Counted from the stretch's first letter, positions 23,413 to 34,673 are shown. The stretch: 64,000 nt of DNA from an uncultured Fibrobacteria bacterium (GCA_963716395.1 OY970309.1:2560001-2624000), one strand, 5' to 3'. Translations and numbers: made by a program. Notes: a model not told the origin generated them from the sequence alone.

Positions 23413-24659
23413 GCGCGGACCTGCGGCGCGTCGTGGTCACGGGCCTGGGTACCGTGAACCCGCTGGGGCTTTCGGTGGAGGAATTCTGGACGAACCTCGC
23501 GGCCGGCAAGTCCGGCGTGCGCCTCATCGATCGCTTCGACAGCAGCACGTTTTCCAGCCGCATCGCGGGGCTGGTTCCCGACTTCGATCCGCTGCCGTTT
23601 TTTCAGGACGCGAAGATGGCGCGGCGCCTGGATCGGGCCATCACCTATGCCGGAGTGGCCGGCCACCAGGCCTTGCGCGATGCGGGGTTGGAGGCGGGGG
23701 CGTATGATCCCGAACGCGTGGGCGTCTATTTCGGCAGCGGCATGGGCGGCGTGGGCACCTTCGAAGCCGACACCGAAGTCAAGGCCGCGCGCGGCCATAA
23801 GCGCGTGTCGCCGTTCTTCGTGCCCATGATCCTGCCCAATACGGCCTCGGGGTATTTCAGCATCGAGCACGGTTTCATGGGGCCCAATTACGCCGCGGTC
23901 TCGGCCTGCGCCAGCGCCAACCATGCGCTGGGCGAAGCCTTCCACGCGCTGCGGCGCGGCGACGCCGACGTCATTTTCGCCGGCGGCACCGAAGCGGCGG
24001 TGGTGGCGGTGGTGGTGGCCGGTTTCGCCAACATGAAAGCGCTGTCGACCCGCAACGACGATCCCCAAGGCGCGTCGCGGCCGTGGGACCAGGGACGCGA
24101 TGGATTCGTCATGGCCGAAGGCGCCGCCGTGCTCTGCCTCGAAGGGCTGGAGCACGCGCAACGGCGCGGGGCCCGCATTTACGCCGAGTTCGCGGGATTC
24201 GGTCAAAGCAGCGACGGATATCACATTACCGCCCCCCACCCCGAGGGGCGGGGCGGCTGCCTGGCCATGCAAGCCGCGCTGCGCAGCGCCGCCATGAATC
24301 CCGAGGAGATCGATCTCGTGAATGCGCACGGAACTTCGACGCCGCTCGGCGATATCGGCGAAACCAAGGCCCTGAAAAAATGCTTCGGCGCCCACGCCCG
24401 ACGGCTCATGGTGCATTCGACCAAATCCCTAATCGGCCACGCGCTGGGGGCGGCGGGGGCCATTGAAGCCGTGGCCGCTTTGCTGGCCCTGCACCGCGGT
24501 GTGGTGCATCCGACGTTGAACCTGCACGAGCCCGATCCCGAATGCGATCTCGATTACGTACCCAACCGGACGCGCGAAGCCCGGGTGCGCGCCGTACTCT
24601 CCAACTCTTTCGGCTTCGGCGGGCACAACGCCACGGTGATTCTGAAACGCTTCGGCTAG
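23409..24659 (+). CDS. fabF: 3-oxoacyl-ACP synthase II
   Basis: RRVVVTGLG, SACASA, NAHGTST, STKSLIGH, SNSFGFGGHN. Confidence 0.96.
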   Translation: MSADLRRVVVTGLGTVNPLGLSVEEFWTNLAAGKSGVRLIDRFDSSTFSSRIAGLVPDFDPLPFFQDAKMARRLDRAITYAGVAGHQALRDAGLEAGAYDPERVGVYFGSGMGGVGTFEADTEVKAARGHKRVSPFFVPMILPNTASGYFSIEHGFMGPNYAAVSACASANHALGEAFHALRRGDADVIFAGGTEAAVVAVVVAGFANMKALSTRNDDPQGASRPWDQGRDGFVMAEGAAVLCLEGLEHAQRRGARIYAEFAGFGQSSDGYHITAPHPEGRGGCLAMQAALRSAAMNPEEIDLVNAHGTSTPLGDIGETKALKKCFGAHARRLMVHSTKSLIGHALGAAGAIEAVAALLALHRGVVHPTLNLHEPDPECDLDYVPNRTREARVRAVLSNSFGFGGHNATVILKRFG

Positions 24660-24671
24660 GATTGCCTTTCC

Positions 24672-25604
24672 ATGCCGACTCCGCGCCACGCCTTGGCCGT
24701 GCGCACCCCGCCTCGGGCCACCGCCGTTTCGCCTTGGGTGGTGGCGGCCTTGACGGTCCTGACGGTCCTGGCGGCGTTGGGGTGTTCGCCCTCGTTTGCC
24801 GATCCGCCGGCGCCCCCCACCGCGCCGCGCATCAGCCCCGGCCAGCGGGATTACTGCAACCTGCTGTATGGCTGCGATCTGCCACGGCCGCCCGGGTTCT
24901 GCCCGGCACCCGACGTCTTGGGCAAACCCGATTTCGACTTCGACAGCACGCGTTGTTCCGAAGCCCGCACCTTGGATGGCCGCGGGGTCAAGCCCACCAA
25001 TCCCGTGGTGGGATTCCAGTTGTACCGTTTTCTCGGCTTGGAATACCGCGTGGTGTACTGGGCCAGCGACACCTTGCCGCTGTCGGTGGCGCGGCTGGAA
25101 TTTCTGCTGCAGGATTTACCCTTGGCCGCCCGGCTCGTCAGCCATTACCAGGATGAGCCTTACACCGCGCAATATCTCGACGCGGCGCACACCTATTTCC
25201 AGGGGACCAAGGGAAAACATTTGTGGGGACAGGCGCGTTTGATTTCGGGTTCGACGGCCGAAAAGCATCTCTTTTATTTCGGCACCGGGACGGCCGAGAT
25301 CGCCTTTTGGACGCTCAAGGGGCCGGCTCTGCTCGACTTCAGCTATTGGCCCGTTGACGGGACCAAACCGGGCGTGGGGTATCGCATGAAGTTGTTGGTG
25401 TTTCCCGGCAACGGTTTCATCAATGCCATCATGAACCTCGGGCTGTTTAAAAAAGTGGTGATCGGCAAGGTGCGCGAAGTGCTCGATGACATTACCGCCA
25501 CCGCGCATAAGTTGGCCCAAACCGGCGGCGCCGATTTGCTGCAAAGCCCGCAATGGACTCCCGACGAAAAAAAGAAAATCGCCGCCTTTCTGAAACTGCC
25601 ATGA
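24672..25604 (+). CDS. Hypothetical secreted/periplasmic protein with small Cys-rich N-terminal domain
   Basis: Signal-like hydrophobic stretch, four Cys in ~40 aa, GC3-biased codons, ATGA overlap with next gene. Confidence 0.7.
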   Translation: MPTPRHALAVRTPPRATAVSPWVVAALTVLTVLAALGCSPSFADPPAPPTAPRISPGQRDYCNLLYGCDLPRPPGFCPAPDVLGKPDFDFDSTRCSEARTLDGRGVKPTNPVVGFQLYRFLGLEYRVVYWASDTLPLSVARLEFLLQDLPLAARLVSHYQDEPYTAQYLDAAHTYFQGTKGKHLWGQARLISGSTAEKHLFYFGTGTAEIAFWTLKGPALLDFSYWPVDGTKPGVGYRMKLLVFPGNGFINAIMNLGLFKKVVIGKVREVLDDITATAHKLAQTGGADLLQSPQWTPDEKKKIAAFLKLP

Positions 25605-26281
25605 CGGAGCCCGCGGAAGATTTTCCGGACGATGCGGATTCTGCCGCCGATCGCTTCGCTTTCAAGCTGACTCCGGCGCGGCGGGCCCTGCTGCAACGGG
25701 TGGTGTCGCAGCGCACCCGCCATTTCACCTTGGTGCTCGAAGACCTGAAAGACCCGCACAACATCAGTGCCGTCATCCGCACCTGCGAAGTGTTCGGTTT
25801 TCAAGACGTGCATGTGATCCAAGAGGTGAACCCCTACCGCGTTTCGCGTTCGGTGCTGAAGGGCAGTTACAAGTGGCTCGACATCTTCTGCCACGCCAAG
25901 CGCCAGCATTGCCTCGAACGCCTGCGCGGCCGGGGCTACCGCATCGCCGTGGCGTCGACCGCGGCCGAAACCTCGTTGTACGATTTGGATCTTTCCGCGC
26001 CCACGGCGTTTTACCTCGGGTCGGAAACTTTGGGGAACCATCCCGATACTTTGGCGCAATCCGACCTGCGCTTTCGCATTCCGCAGCAGGGCTTCACCGA
26101 AAGCCTGAACGTGTCGGTGTGTGCGGGCGTGATCATGGCCACCTTGGATCGCTGGCTGCACCAGCAGGGACGGGAGCGCTATGCGCTATCGGAGGCCGAC
26201 CAGGCCGCACTGCTGCGCGTGTTTTACGAGCGCAGCGCGCTCGGGGTCGATGGCCGGTCGCCCCTGCACGAGCTGGACTGA
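25601..26281 (+). CDS. trmH: TrmH/SpoU family RNA 2'-O-methyltransferase
   Basis: DPHNISAVIRTCEVFG, GSETLG, IPQQGFTESLNVSV SPOUT motifs. Confidence 0.88.
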   Translation: MTEPAEDFPDDADSAADRFAFKLTPARRALLQRVVSQRTRHFTLVLEDLKDPHNISAVIRTCEVFGFQDVHVIQEVNPYRVSRSVLKGSYKWLDIFCHAKRQHCLERLRGRGYRIAVASTAAETSLYDLDLSAPTAFYLGSETLGNHPDTLAQSDLRFRIPQQGFTESLNVSVCAGVIMATLDRWLHQQGRERYALSEADQAALLRVFYERSALGVDGRSPLHELD

Positions 26282-26284
26282 GCG

Positions 26285-27337
26285 CTAACCGGCGGCAGCC
26301 GTCGTGGCGGCGGCGGACAGCACCAGGTTTTCGGTGGCCTCCCAGCCGAGGCATTCGTCGGTCACCGAAACCCCGTAGCGTAATTGCGAAACGTCGGCCG
26401 GAATTTTCTGGTTGCCCGCGAAGAGATGGCTTTCGACCATGGCGCCCACCAAGGCGCGGTTGCCCTCCCGGCGCTGCTCCAGCACGCTGTTCCACACCGC
26501 GGCCTGCTGTTCGTGGCGCTTGCCGGTGTTGCCGTGGCTGCAATCGATCACCAGGCGCGGGTCGAGCCCGGCCTGGGTCAGCGCGCGCGTGGCCGCGGCC
26601 ACGCTGGCCGGGTCGTAGTTGGGGTGGGCGCGTCCCCCGCGCAGCACCAGGTGGCCGTAAGCGTTGCCGTTGGTTTTGACGATGCAGGTACGGCCGTCGC
26701 CGTCCAAACCGAGAAAGCTGTGCGCGCCGCGCGAGGCATGCAGCGCGTCGATGGCCACCTGCACGTTCCCGTCGGTGCCGTTCTTGAACCCCACGGGCAT
26801 GGAAAGCCCGCTGGCCATTTGCCGGTGGGTTTGCGATTCGGTGGTGCGCGCGCCGATGGCGGCCCAGCTCACCAGGTCGGCGATGTATTGGGGCACGATG
26901 GGGTCGAGGAACTCCGAGGCCGCCGGCACGCCCAGCGCGTTGAGGCGCAGCAGCAGGCGGCGCGCTTCGCGCAAGCCGGTGGAGATGTCGCCCGAGTCGT
27001 CGAGATGCGGGTCATAGATGAAACCCTTCCAGCCCACGGTGGTGCGCGGCTTTTCGAAATACACGCGCATCACCAGGAACACGTCTTCCGCGACGCGTTC
27101 CCGTAGTCGGCCAATCTTTTCGCCATATTCCAGCGCGGCTTCGGGGTCGTGGATGGAGCAGGGCCCGAGGATGGCCAACAGGCGCGTGTCTTCGCCGCGC
27201 AGAATGCGCTGGATCGCGGCGCGCGCCGCGACCACCGTCGCGTTCGCGGCTTCGTCCATGGGAAAGGCGCCTTTGAGTTCGGCGGGTGAGATCAAGGGAA
27301 TGGTTTCCCGAATGTTGAGGTTTTCAGTGCGTTGCAT
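26285..27337 (-). CDS. aroG: Class I (type Ialpha) DAHP synthase, AroF/AroG/AroH-like
   Basis: GPCSIHD, MRVYFEKPRTTVGWKG, IGARTTESQTHR, GFKNGTDG, DCSHGN, YGVSVTD. Confidence 0.94.
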   Translation of the reverse strand: MQRTENLNIRETIPLISPAELKGAFPMDEAANATVVAARAAIQRILRGEDTRLLAILGPCSIHDPEAALEYGEKIGRLRERVAEDVFLVMRVYFEKPRTTVGWKGFIYDPHLDDSGDISTGLREARRLLLRLNALGVPAASEFLDPIVPQYIADLVSWAAIGARTTESQTHRQMASGLSMPVGFKNGTDGNVQVAIDALHASRGAHSFLGLDGDGRTCIVKTNGNAYGHLVLRGGRAHPNYDPASVAAATRALTQAGLDPRLVIDCSHGNTGKRHEQQAAVWNSVLEQRREGNRALVGAMVESHLFAGNQKIPADVSQLRYGVSVTDECLGWEATENLVLSAAATTAAAG

Positions 27338-27365
27338 GGTTTTCTCTTTTCTGCGGCCCGGCAAC

Positions 27366-27391
27366 AAAAAACCCCCGGGCTTCCGGGGGTT
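27366..27391 (-). terminator. Attenuator terminator in DAHP synthase leader
   Basis: Minus strand AACCCCCGG-AAGC-CCGGGGGTT followed by U-tract, about 30 nt before the ATG. Confidence 0.85.
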
Positions 27392-27420
27392 GTGACACTT
27401 GGCTCGCGCGCGCCAATGCC

Positions 27421-27477
27421 TTAACCCCCGGGGGTGACCCGCCAGAAGTAAAAGCCGAAAGCGCGCCGGGAATTCAT
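27421..27477 (-). CDS. Aromatic amino acid leader peptide MNSRRAFGFYFWRVTPGG (18 aa)
   Basis: Manual translation; AAGGG RBS-like sequence; 3 Phe, 1 Tyr and 1 Trp in six consecutive codons; upstream of the terminator and DAHP synthase. Confidence 0.85.
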   Translation of the reverse strand: MNSRRAFGFYFWRVTPGG

Positions 27478-27558
27478 TTCCCTTTTAATATATCGCTGCG
27501 GCGCCGGGCCGTCAATCTTTCCGCGCCCCATTTTTGCCACTCCGGGTATCCGGCGGTT

Positions 27559-28542
27559 TCACCAATTGCCGGGCTGCCAGACGCTGCGCAGCCAGGCATG
27601 TTTGTGAAGTTTGCGCAATAATGCTTCCGGTAACCGCGGCAGGTCGGAAACGGCGGTGTTCGCTTCGGCCTGCGCCGCATTGCGGATGCCCGGAATCACG
27701 GTCGACACCGCCGGATGCGCCAGGGCAAAGCCGATAGCGGCCTGGGGCAAGGTATAGCCGCTGCCGTCGAGGTCTTTTTGCAGGGCGCGGACGCGCGCCA
27801 CGGTGCGGGTCAAACGGTCGCCGCGAAAATACTCGTTGCGGAAATCGCCCGCGGGAAAGCGGGTTTCCTCGGTGAACTTGCCGGTCAGCGAACCTTCATC
27901 GAAGACCACGCGCACGATGATGCCCACGCCGGTTTCCGCGGCCGCGGGCAACAGTTCGGAGGCCGGCTCCTGTTCGAAAATGTTGTAGATAACCTGCACG
28001 ACGTCGACAAAACCCTTGCGCATCAAATCGAGGACGCAGTTTTGATCCTGCTCCGGGGTCGAAACACCCACCGCGCGGATTTTTCCCTGCTTCTTCAGCT
28101 TGACCAAGGTTTCCAGCGGAGCGGGGTTTTTGTTCCAGGCGCGGGTCCAGGTGTGCAATTGCAGCAGGTCGATACAATCGACGCCGAGATTGCGCAACCG
28201 TTCCTCGACGTTTTCGCGCAGGTATTCGGCCGGATAATTCACGTGCATGTCGTCGTAGGGCGAGGGCGGCCAGTTCTCGCCGGCCTGCGGCGGAGTTTTG
28301 GTGGCCACGAAAATTTTCTCCCGGCGCAGGCGCAGAAATTTTCCGATCACGCGTTCGCTGGTCCCGCGACCGTACACCTGCGCCGTGTCGATGAAGTTCA
28401 CGCCCAGATCCGCGGCGCGATGCAAGGCCGCCAGCGAATCTTCTTCGCTTTGCCCGCCCCAGCTCGAGCCGCCCAGGGCCCAGGCTCCGAAGCCGATTTC
28501 CGACACCCGCATTCCGGTTTTACCGAGTTCCCGATATTGCAT
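27559..28542 (-). CDS. Aldo/keto reductase
   Basis: [38 protein letters not shown]. Confidence 0.92.
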   Translation of the reverse strand: MQYRELGKTGMRVSEIGFGAWALGGSSWGGQSEEDSLAALHRAADLGVNFIDTAQVYGRGTSERVIGKFLRLRREKIFVATKTPPQAGENWPPSPYDDMHVNYPAEYLRENVEERLRNLGVDCIDLLQLHTWTRAWNKNPAPLETLVKLKKQGKIRAVGVSTPEQDQNCVLDLMRKGFVDVVQVIYNIFEQEPASELLPAAAETGVGIIVRVVFDEGSLTGKFTEETRFPAGDFRNEYFRGDRLTRTVARVRALQKDLDGSGYTLPQAAIGFALAHPAVSTVIPGIRNAAQAEANTAVSDLPRLPEALLRKLHKHAWLRSVWQPGNW

Positions 28543-28689
28543 GACGATACCCCTCCCGTCCTGGAAAAGGAAAAATTAATTGCGTGCGGACCGATGCACG
28601 CAGATAGGAATGAAGTCGCTCTCCGCTCCGCCCGCAGCCGCGTCGGATTCCGCTTGCTAACTTTCATGCCCTGGCCAAGGACGGAGATC

Positions 28690-31209
28690 TTGCCGCGTTA
28701 CCACCCCAAAGAAATCGAGCCCAAGTGGCAGGAATACTGGCTGCGCCATAAAACCTTCCGGGCCGAAATGCGCCCGGGCCGGCCCAAGTTCTATTGCCTC
28801 GACATGTTTCCCTACCCGTCGGGCAACGGGTTGCATGTGGGCCACCCCGAAGGCTATACCGCCACCGACATCGTGTGCCGCTACAAACGGATGTGCGGCT
28901 TCAACGTCTTGCATCCCATGGGCTGGGATGCCTTCGGCTTGCCGGCCGAACAGCATGCCATCAAAACCGGCACGCATCCGGCCGTGACCACGCAAAAGAA
29001 CATCGACAATTTCCGCCGGCAAATCCGCTCCTTGGGTTTCAGCTACGACTGGGATCGCGAAATCAGCACCTGCGACCCGGCGTATTTCCAGTGGACGCAA
29101 TGGATTTTCAAGCAATTGTTTGAAAGCTGGTATGATGCCGAAACCGACAAGGCTCGCTCCATACGCGATTTGCCGCCGGCCGTGACGGCGCGAGGGTCTG
29201 CCGCCATGGCTGACTTTATTCGCGTGCACCGGCTGGCCTATATCGCCGAAGCTCCGGTGTGGTGGTGCCAGGAATTGGGCACGGTGCTGGCCAATGAAGA
29301 GGTGAGCGACGGCAAATCCGAACGCGGTGGACACCCGTGTGAACGCCGGCCCCTGCGCCAATGGGTGTTGCGCATCACGGCCTATGCCGAAAGGCTGTTG
29401 CGCGATCTCGACGGTCTGGATTGGCCCGAGCCCATCAAAATCATGCAGCGCCATTGGATTGGCCGCTCCGAAGGCGCCGAAGTCGATTTTCGCCTCGACG
29501 GGCGTTCTGAAGCCTTGCGCGTGTTCACCACCCGGCCCGACACTCTGTTCGGCGCCACTTTCATGGTGGTGGCGCCGGAGCATCCGTTGCTCGACGCGCT
29601 GACGATGCCGGAGCAGCGCGAGGCGGTCGCCGAGTACCGGCGGCAGGCCGGCGCCAAAAGCGATTTGGAGCGCGGCCTCGAACGCGAAAAAACCGGGGTG
29701 TTCACGGGCGGTTATGCCGTCAATCCCGTGAACGGCGCGCGCATTCCCGTATGGACCGCGGATTACGTCATGATGGGCTATGGCACCGGCGCCATCATGG
29801 CCGTGCCCGCGCATGACGAGCGCGACTACGCCTTTGCGCAAGCCATGCGCCTGCCCATCGTCGAGGTGATTTCCGGCGGCGACATCGCCCAAGCGGCTTA
29901 TATCGGCGACGGAACCTTGGTGAACTCGGATTTTCTCGACGGCCTGGGCGTAGACGCGGCCAAACAACGCATGATCGCTTGGCTGCAGGAAAAAGGCGCG
30001 GGCCAGGCGCGGGTGCAATACAAGTTGCGCGACTGGCTGTTCTCGCGGCAGCGCTATTGGGGCGAGCCATTTCCCATCGTGCATGGCGCCGACGGCCCCG
30101 AGGCCGTGCCCGATTCCGAATTGCCGGTGACCTTGCCCGACCTGGCCGATTATACGCCCACCGGAACCTTTGAACCGCCGCTGTCCAAGGCCACGGGCTG
30201 GGTCGATTACGCGCCGGGCAAAAGACGCGAACTCAACACCATGCCGCAATGGGCCGGGTCGAGCTGGTATTTCCTGCGCTTTCTCGACCCCCACAACGCG
30301 CAGGCGGCCTTCAGCCCCGAAGCCGAGCGCTACTGGATGCCGGTGGATTTGTACATCGGCGGCGCCGAACATGCGGTGCTGCATCTGCTGTACGCGCGCT
30401 TCTGGCACAAGGTGCTGTTCGATTTGGGGCATGTGTCCACGCCCGAGCCTTTTCACAAGCTGGTGAACCAAGGGTTGATTCTCGGCGAAGACGGCGAAAA
30501 GATGTCGAAGTCGCGCGGCAACGTCGTCAACCCCGACGAGGTGATCGACAGCCATGGCGCCGACGCCATGCGGCTGTACGAAATGTTCATGGGGCCGCTC
30601 GAACGGGTGAAGCCCTGGCAAACCGCGGGCATTGAGGGGTTGTGGCGCTTTCTCAACCGCGTCTGGCGCGTGACCGCCGGCGACGAGAAAGAAGCGGTGA
30701 CCGTCCGGGAGGACACGCCGCCCGAAGAGCTGCTGCGGGCCGCACATCGCTGCATCAAAAAAGTCACCGAAGATCTCGACGGCTTGCGATTCAACACCGC
30801 CATCTCCGCTATGATGGTCTTTGCCGGCGAGCTTTCCGCCGCGTTGGAGCGCGATGGGTTCGCCTACCGCGCGACGGCCGAAATCGCCATCAAGCTTCTG
30901 TCTCCCTTCGCCCCGCACATCGCCGAGGAGCTCTGGCAGACGCTCGGCCATGCGCAATCCCTGGCCTATGAGCCCTGGCCCGCCTGGGACGCGGACCGGG
31001 TGACGGAAAACGAGGTCGAGGTGGTGTTCCAGACCAACGGCAAGGTGCGCGCCCGCGCCCTGCTTCCCAAGGGGCTGGCGGCGGCCGATCTTGAAGCCCG
31101 TGCCCGGAGCCATGAGAAATTCGCCGCGCATCTGGTGGATCAAAACGTGATCAAGGTCATCGTCGTTCCCGATAAATTGGCGAATTTCGTGGTGCGTCCC
31201 AAGGGCTGA
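28690..31209 (+). CDS. leuS: Leucine--tRNA ligase
   Basis: [22 protein letters not shown] editing domain, [17 protein letters not shown]; TTG start after GGAG (ATG 28666 alternative). Confidence 0.97.
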   Translation: MPRYHPKEIEPKWQEYWLRHKTFRAEMRPGRPKFYCLDMFPYPSGNGLHVGHPEGYTATDIVCRYKRMCGFNVLHPMGWDAFGLPAEQHAIKTGTHPAVTTQKNIDNFRRQIRSLGFSYDWDREISTCDPAYFQWTQWIFKQLFESWYDAETDKARSIRDLPPAVTARGSAAMADFIRVHRLAYIAEAPVWWCQELGTVLANEEVSDGKSERGGHPCERRPLRQWVLRITAYAERLLRDLDGLDWPEPIKIMQRHWIGRSEGAEVDFRLDGRSEALRVFTTRPDTLFGATFMVVAPEHPLLDALTMPEQREAVAEYRRQAGAKSDLERGLEREKTGVFTGGYAVNPVNGARIPVWTADYVMMGYGTGAIMAVPAHDERDYAFAQAMRLPIVEVISGGDIAQAAYIGDGTLVNSDFLDGLGVDAAKQRMIAWLQEKGAGQARVQYKLRDWLFSRQRYWGEPFPIVHGADGPEAVPDSELPVTLPDLADYTPTGTFEPPLSKATGWVDYAPGKRRELNTMPQWAGSSWYFLRFLDPHNAQAAFSPEAERYWMPVDLYIGGAEHAVLHLLYARFWHKVLFDLGHVSTPEPFHKLVNQGLILGEDGEKMSKSRGNVVNPDEVIDSHGADAMRLYEMFMGPLERVKPWQTAGIEGLWRFLNRVWRVTAGDEKEAVTVREDTPPEELLRAAHRCIKKVTEDLDGLRFNTAISAMMVFAGELSAALERDGFAYRATAEIAIKLLSPFAPHIAEELWQTLGHAQSLAYEPWPAWDADRVTENEVEVVFQTNGKVRARALLPKGLAAADLEARARSHEKFAAHLVDQNVIKVIVVPDKLANFVVRPKG

Positions 31210-31404
31210 AGTTTCGCCCCCGGCGGTCCGACCCAGCGCTCGGGCCGGGGTATGGGAACTTGGGCTTAACTACAAAGTGAACGCAGAGCGCATCACCACG
31301 CTTCAAGGCGTGGATTCGTCGGGTTGATTTTCCTCTTCGCTCTTATTTTTACGGGTAAACCGGAGCCCAATCTCCGGGCCGTCACATCGCCAGGGGAGTA
31401 ATCC

Positions 31405-33042
31405 GTGGGCCGGTACTTGCATGCCTTCTTCGCGCACAACGGTTTCGCCGCCTTTTCCGGACGGGGTTTCTGGGCTCGTTGGTTCTGGCGCCGGATTTTA
31501 TTGCTTGGAGGAGCCGTCGCCGTTTGGGGTGGGGGAAGCGCCCTGGCCGCAGTGCCAGGCTTTTTTCCCGCGCCGAATGCCGTGGGTATTCCCGCCGACG
31601 CGCCTTTGCGGATTACGTTGCCGGGAAAAACCGCGTTGAATTATCACGGCCAATTGCAGGTTTTTGACGCGGCCACCGATCATGCTGTTTTCACCTTGAA
31701 CTTAAACCGATCCCAACCCGATTCCACCAATCCCGCCAATTGGCCGTTTCACGATTCCATCGCCGGGACTGCGGTGAACCAATGGCCCATGGTCATCGTC
31801 GATTCCGAGGCCTATATCTCCTTGCATTCCCATCCGTTGCAGTACGGGACCACCTACTATGTGCAAATGGATAGCGGCATGCTGGCCCTGCCTCCTGGAA
31901 CGACCTTTTCCGGCATTCACGACAAAACCACCTGGCGGTTCACCACCGCGCCGGCCCCCCAGAAAGGGTTGAGTGCCTACACCGTCGCGGCCGACGGCAG
32001 CGGGGATTTCTGCACCGTTCAGGGCGGGCTGGATTTTATTCCGGCGGGGAATACCGCCCCGGTGATTTTGGATATCAAGGCCGGCGTCTATATCGAAAGC
32101 ATCCGCTCGTTTGGAAAGAACCACATCACCCTGCGGGGGCGCAACCGCGACAGTTGCTTCATCACTTATGAGAACAACAACAATTTCAATCCGGGAACCC
32201 AGGAGCGCGAGCTGGGGGTGCTTTTCGGAAACGATTTGGCGCTGGTGAACCTGACCTTCCTGAATCGGACTCCCCAGGGCGGGTCGCAGGCGGAGTCGCT
32301 TTTCCTGCGGGGAGATCGCTGCCTGGTTTCCAATTGCACCTTCATCAGCTTTCAAGACACCCTGCACTTGGAAGGCCGCGTCTATTTGTCGCAGTGCACC
32401 AACCAAGGGGCCGTCGATTACACCTGGGGCACCGGGATCGCCTATTTCTCCCACTGCGCCATAATCTCCGATGCCGCCGGTTATCTCGTGCAGGCCAGGA
32501 ATGCGGCGGGAGCCTACGGATACGTATTCGCGAATTGCCAGTTGACGGCCACCGCGGGAGTGACGGGAGTTTATCTCGCCCGCAATTCGGGCGGGGGCAG
32601 CGCCTACGCCCAGGTCGCCTACCTGAATTGCGCTTTGGGCAACCAAATTTTGCCGGTGGGCTGGTCCATCGACGCCACGGGAACCAACACCCTCAACTTC
32701 GGCGAATACCAAAGCGTCAACGCCCAGGGTCAAGCCGTGGACATCAGTCAACGCGCTTCCCTTTCCCATCAGCTCACCGATGCCCAGGCGCAGACCCTGC
32801 TCGATCCCAAAAATGTCCTGGGCGGGACGGACGGGTGGGATCCCGTCGCGGCTTTGGCGGCGCTTCCGGTTCCCGTACAGCAGATATTGCCGGAAAAATC
32901 AGGACAAATATCGCATTTAAATCTCGAAGCCGGGTCCCGGCCGGCGGTTTTTGCCAAGGGGCTCTATTGGGATTTAAACGGAAGGGCGTTGAATCAAAGC
33001 GCCATCCGCCGGAATTCTTCCCTGCCGCCCGGAATATTTTAA
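31405..33042 (+). CDS. Secreted pectinesterase (CE8) family protein with N-terminal Ig-like domain
   Basis: Signal peptide, Ig-like domain ending WRFTT, TVAADGSGDF..VQ, QAE, QDTL, GAVDYTWG; start uncertain. Confidence 0.82.
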   Translation: MGRYLHAFFAHNGFAAFSGRGFWARWFWRRILLLGGAVAVWGGGSALAAVPGFFPAPNAVGIPADAPLRITLPGKTALNYHGQLQVFDAATDHAVFTLNLNRSQPDSTNPANWPFHDSIAGTAVNQWPMVIVDSEAYISLHSHPLQYGTTYYVQMDSGMLALPPGTTFSGIHDKTTWRFTTAPAPQKGLSAYTVAADGSGDFCTVQGGLDFIPAGNTAPVILDIKAGVYIESIRSFGKNHITLRGRNRDSCFITYENNNNFNPGTQERELGVLFGNDLALVNLTFLNRTPQGGSQAESLFLRGDRCLVSNCTFISFQDTLHLEGRVYLSQCTNQGAVDYTWGTGIAYFSHCAIISDAAGYLVQARNAAGAYGYVFANCQLTATAGVTGVYLARNSGGGSAYAQVAYLNCALGNQILPVGWSIDATGTNTLNFGEYQSVNAQGQAVDISQRASLSHQLTDAQAQTLLDPKNVLGGTDGWDPVAALAALPVPVQQILPEKSGQISHLNLEAGSRPAVFAKGLYWDLNGRALNQSAIRRNSSLPPGIF

Positions 33043-33140
33043 GCTGGAATCCCTGCGACTCCAGGTGTGGGTGACGACGTTGTCAGCTGTCGGCCTCCGC
33101 AGGCGAAGGCTGGGCTTAGGCGAGTTTGAACCGGTTCCAT

Positions 33141-33173
33141 AAAAAAAGCCCTCCGCGCGGAGGGCTTTTGTTT
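33141..33173. terminator. Bidirectional intrinsic terminator between pectinesterase and glnA
   Basis: AAAAAAAGCCCTCCGCGCGGAGGGCTTTTGTTT between convergent genes. Confidence 0.88.
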
Positions 33174-33190
33174 TCGCTACGTCGCTGAAA

Positions 33191-34594
33191 TCAGATATCG
33201 TAATACAACTCGAATTCCATGGGATGGGGCCGCAAATTGACTTTGTCGATCTCATTCACGCGCTTGTAATCGATCCAGGTGCTGATGACGTCTTCGGTGA
33301 ACACGTCTCCCTTGAGCATGAAAGCATGATCCTTTTCCAGCGCATCCAGCGAAGCGCCCAGCGATCCGGGCGCCGTGGGCACGGCCAGGTTTTCCTGGGC
33401 GTCCAATTCGTAGATGTTCTTTTCCAGCGGCTTGCCCGGGTCGATCTTGTTCTGGATGCCGTCGAGACCGGCCATGAGCATGGCCGCGAAGGCCAGATAG
33501 GGGTTGCAGGACGGATCCGGGGTGCGGAATTCGAGGCGCTTGGCTTTCGGCGAAGACGAATACATGGGGATGCGGACGGCCGCCGAGCGGTTGCGCGAGG
33601 AGTACGCGAATTTGTTGGGGGCTTCATAACCCGGAACCAGCCGCTTATAGCTGTTCATGGTCGGGTTGGTGAGCCCGCATAACGCCGGAGCATGCTTCAA
33701 AATGCCGCCGATGTAATACATGGCGAGTTGGGACATGCCGGCATAGCCGTCGCCCGCGAACAAAGGCTGCTCGCCCTTCCACAGCGATTGGTGGGTGTGC
33801 ATGCCGCTGCCGTTGTCGCCGAACAGGGGTTTGGGCATGAAGGTGGCGGTCATGTTGTGCTTCTTGGCCACGTTCTTCACTACATACTTGTACCACATCA
33901 GGCTGTCCGCCATTTTGGTCAAGGTCGTGAAACGCATGTCGATTTCGTTTTGGCCGGCCGTGGCGACTTCGTGATGCAGGGTTTCGATGCGAATGCCCAG
34001 CTTTTCCATGTCGAGCACCATTTCCACGCGCAAATCCTGCTGGGTGTCGGTGGGCGGAACCGGGAAATAGCCTTCTTTGTTGCGCACGCGGTAGCCCAGG
34101 CCCGCTTTGTCGGAATTCCAAATGCCTTCTTCGGAGTCGATTTCCACCATGCTCACGTTTTGGCTGTTTTTGTAGCGGATGCTGTTGAACACGAAGAACT
34201 CGGCTTCGGGTCCGAAATACGAGGTGTCGGCAATACCCGTGGTCTTGAGATAGGCTTCGGCTTTGTGCGCGATGTAGCGCGGGTCGCGGCTGTACGGCTT
34301 GCGGGTGATGGGATCGACGACATCACAAATAAGCACCAAGGTGGGATGCCCGTAATAAGGATCGATTTGGGCGGTGGTGGGGTCCGGGATGAGGAGCATG
34401 TCGGAATCATTGATAGCCTGCCAGCCGCGGATGGAGGATCCGTCGAAGCCCCAGCCGTCCGTGAAAGTTCCTTCATCCATTTCCGAAACCGGGTGGGACA
34501 CGTGCTGCCAGATGCCGGGGAAGTCGATGAAGCGACAGTCGACCATTTCGATATTGTTCTTCTTGACGAATTCCATGATTTCTTTGGGGGTCAT
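33191..34594 (-). CDS. glnA: Glutamine synthetase type I
   Basis: [58 protein letters not shown], adenylylation-like NIYEL. Confidence 0.98.
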   Translation of the reverse strand: MTPKEIMEFVKKNNIEMVDCRFIDFPGIWQHVSHPVSEMDEGTFTDGWGFDGSSIRGWQAINDSDMLLIPDPTTAQIDPYYGHPTLVLICDVVDPITRKPYSRDPRYIAHKAEAYLKTTGIADTSYFGPEAEFFVFNSIRYKNSQNVSMVEIDSEEGIWNSDKAGLGYRVRNKEGYFPVPPTDTQQDLRVEMVLDMEKLGIRIETLHHEVATAGQNEIDMRFTTLTKMADSLMWYKYVVKNVAKKHNMTATFMPKPLFGDNGSGMHTHQSLWKGEQPLFAGDGYAGMSQLAMYYIGGILKHAPALCGLTNPTMNSYKRLVPGYEAPNKFAYSSRNRSAAVRIPMYSSSPKAKRLEFRTPDPSCNPYLAFAAMLMAGLDGIQNKIDPGKPLEKNIYELDAQENLAVPTAPGSLGASLDALEKDHAFMLKGDVFTEDVISTWIDYKRVNEIDKVNLRPHPMEFELYYDI

Positions 34595-34657
34595 ACGACG
34601 ACTTCTCCTGGGATATGGTTAATGGGTGTCTGCCGACAAAGTGAGAATCAGAAGCCT

Positions 34658-34673
34658 AGAAAATATCGTACCA
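34658..34673 (-). promoter_or_regulatory. Possible sigma-54 promoter for glnA
   Basis: TGGTACG-ATAT-TTTCT versus consensus TGGCACG-N4-TTGCW; two mismatches, including the -12 G. Confidence 0.4.

Noticed and set aside
27715-28689. 325-aa N-terminal extension of LeuS in the ORF track, or a T-box leader
   Set aside because: The extension is antisense to the aldo/keto reductase; the short divergent gap shows no T-box sequence or terminator
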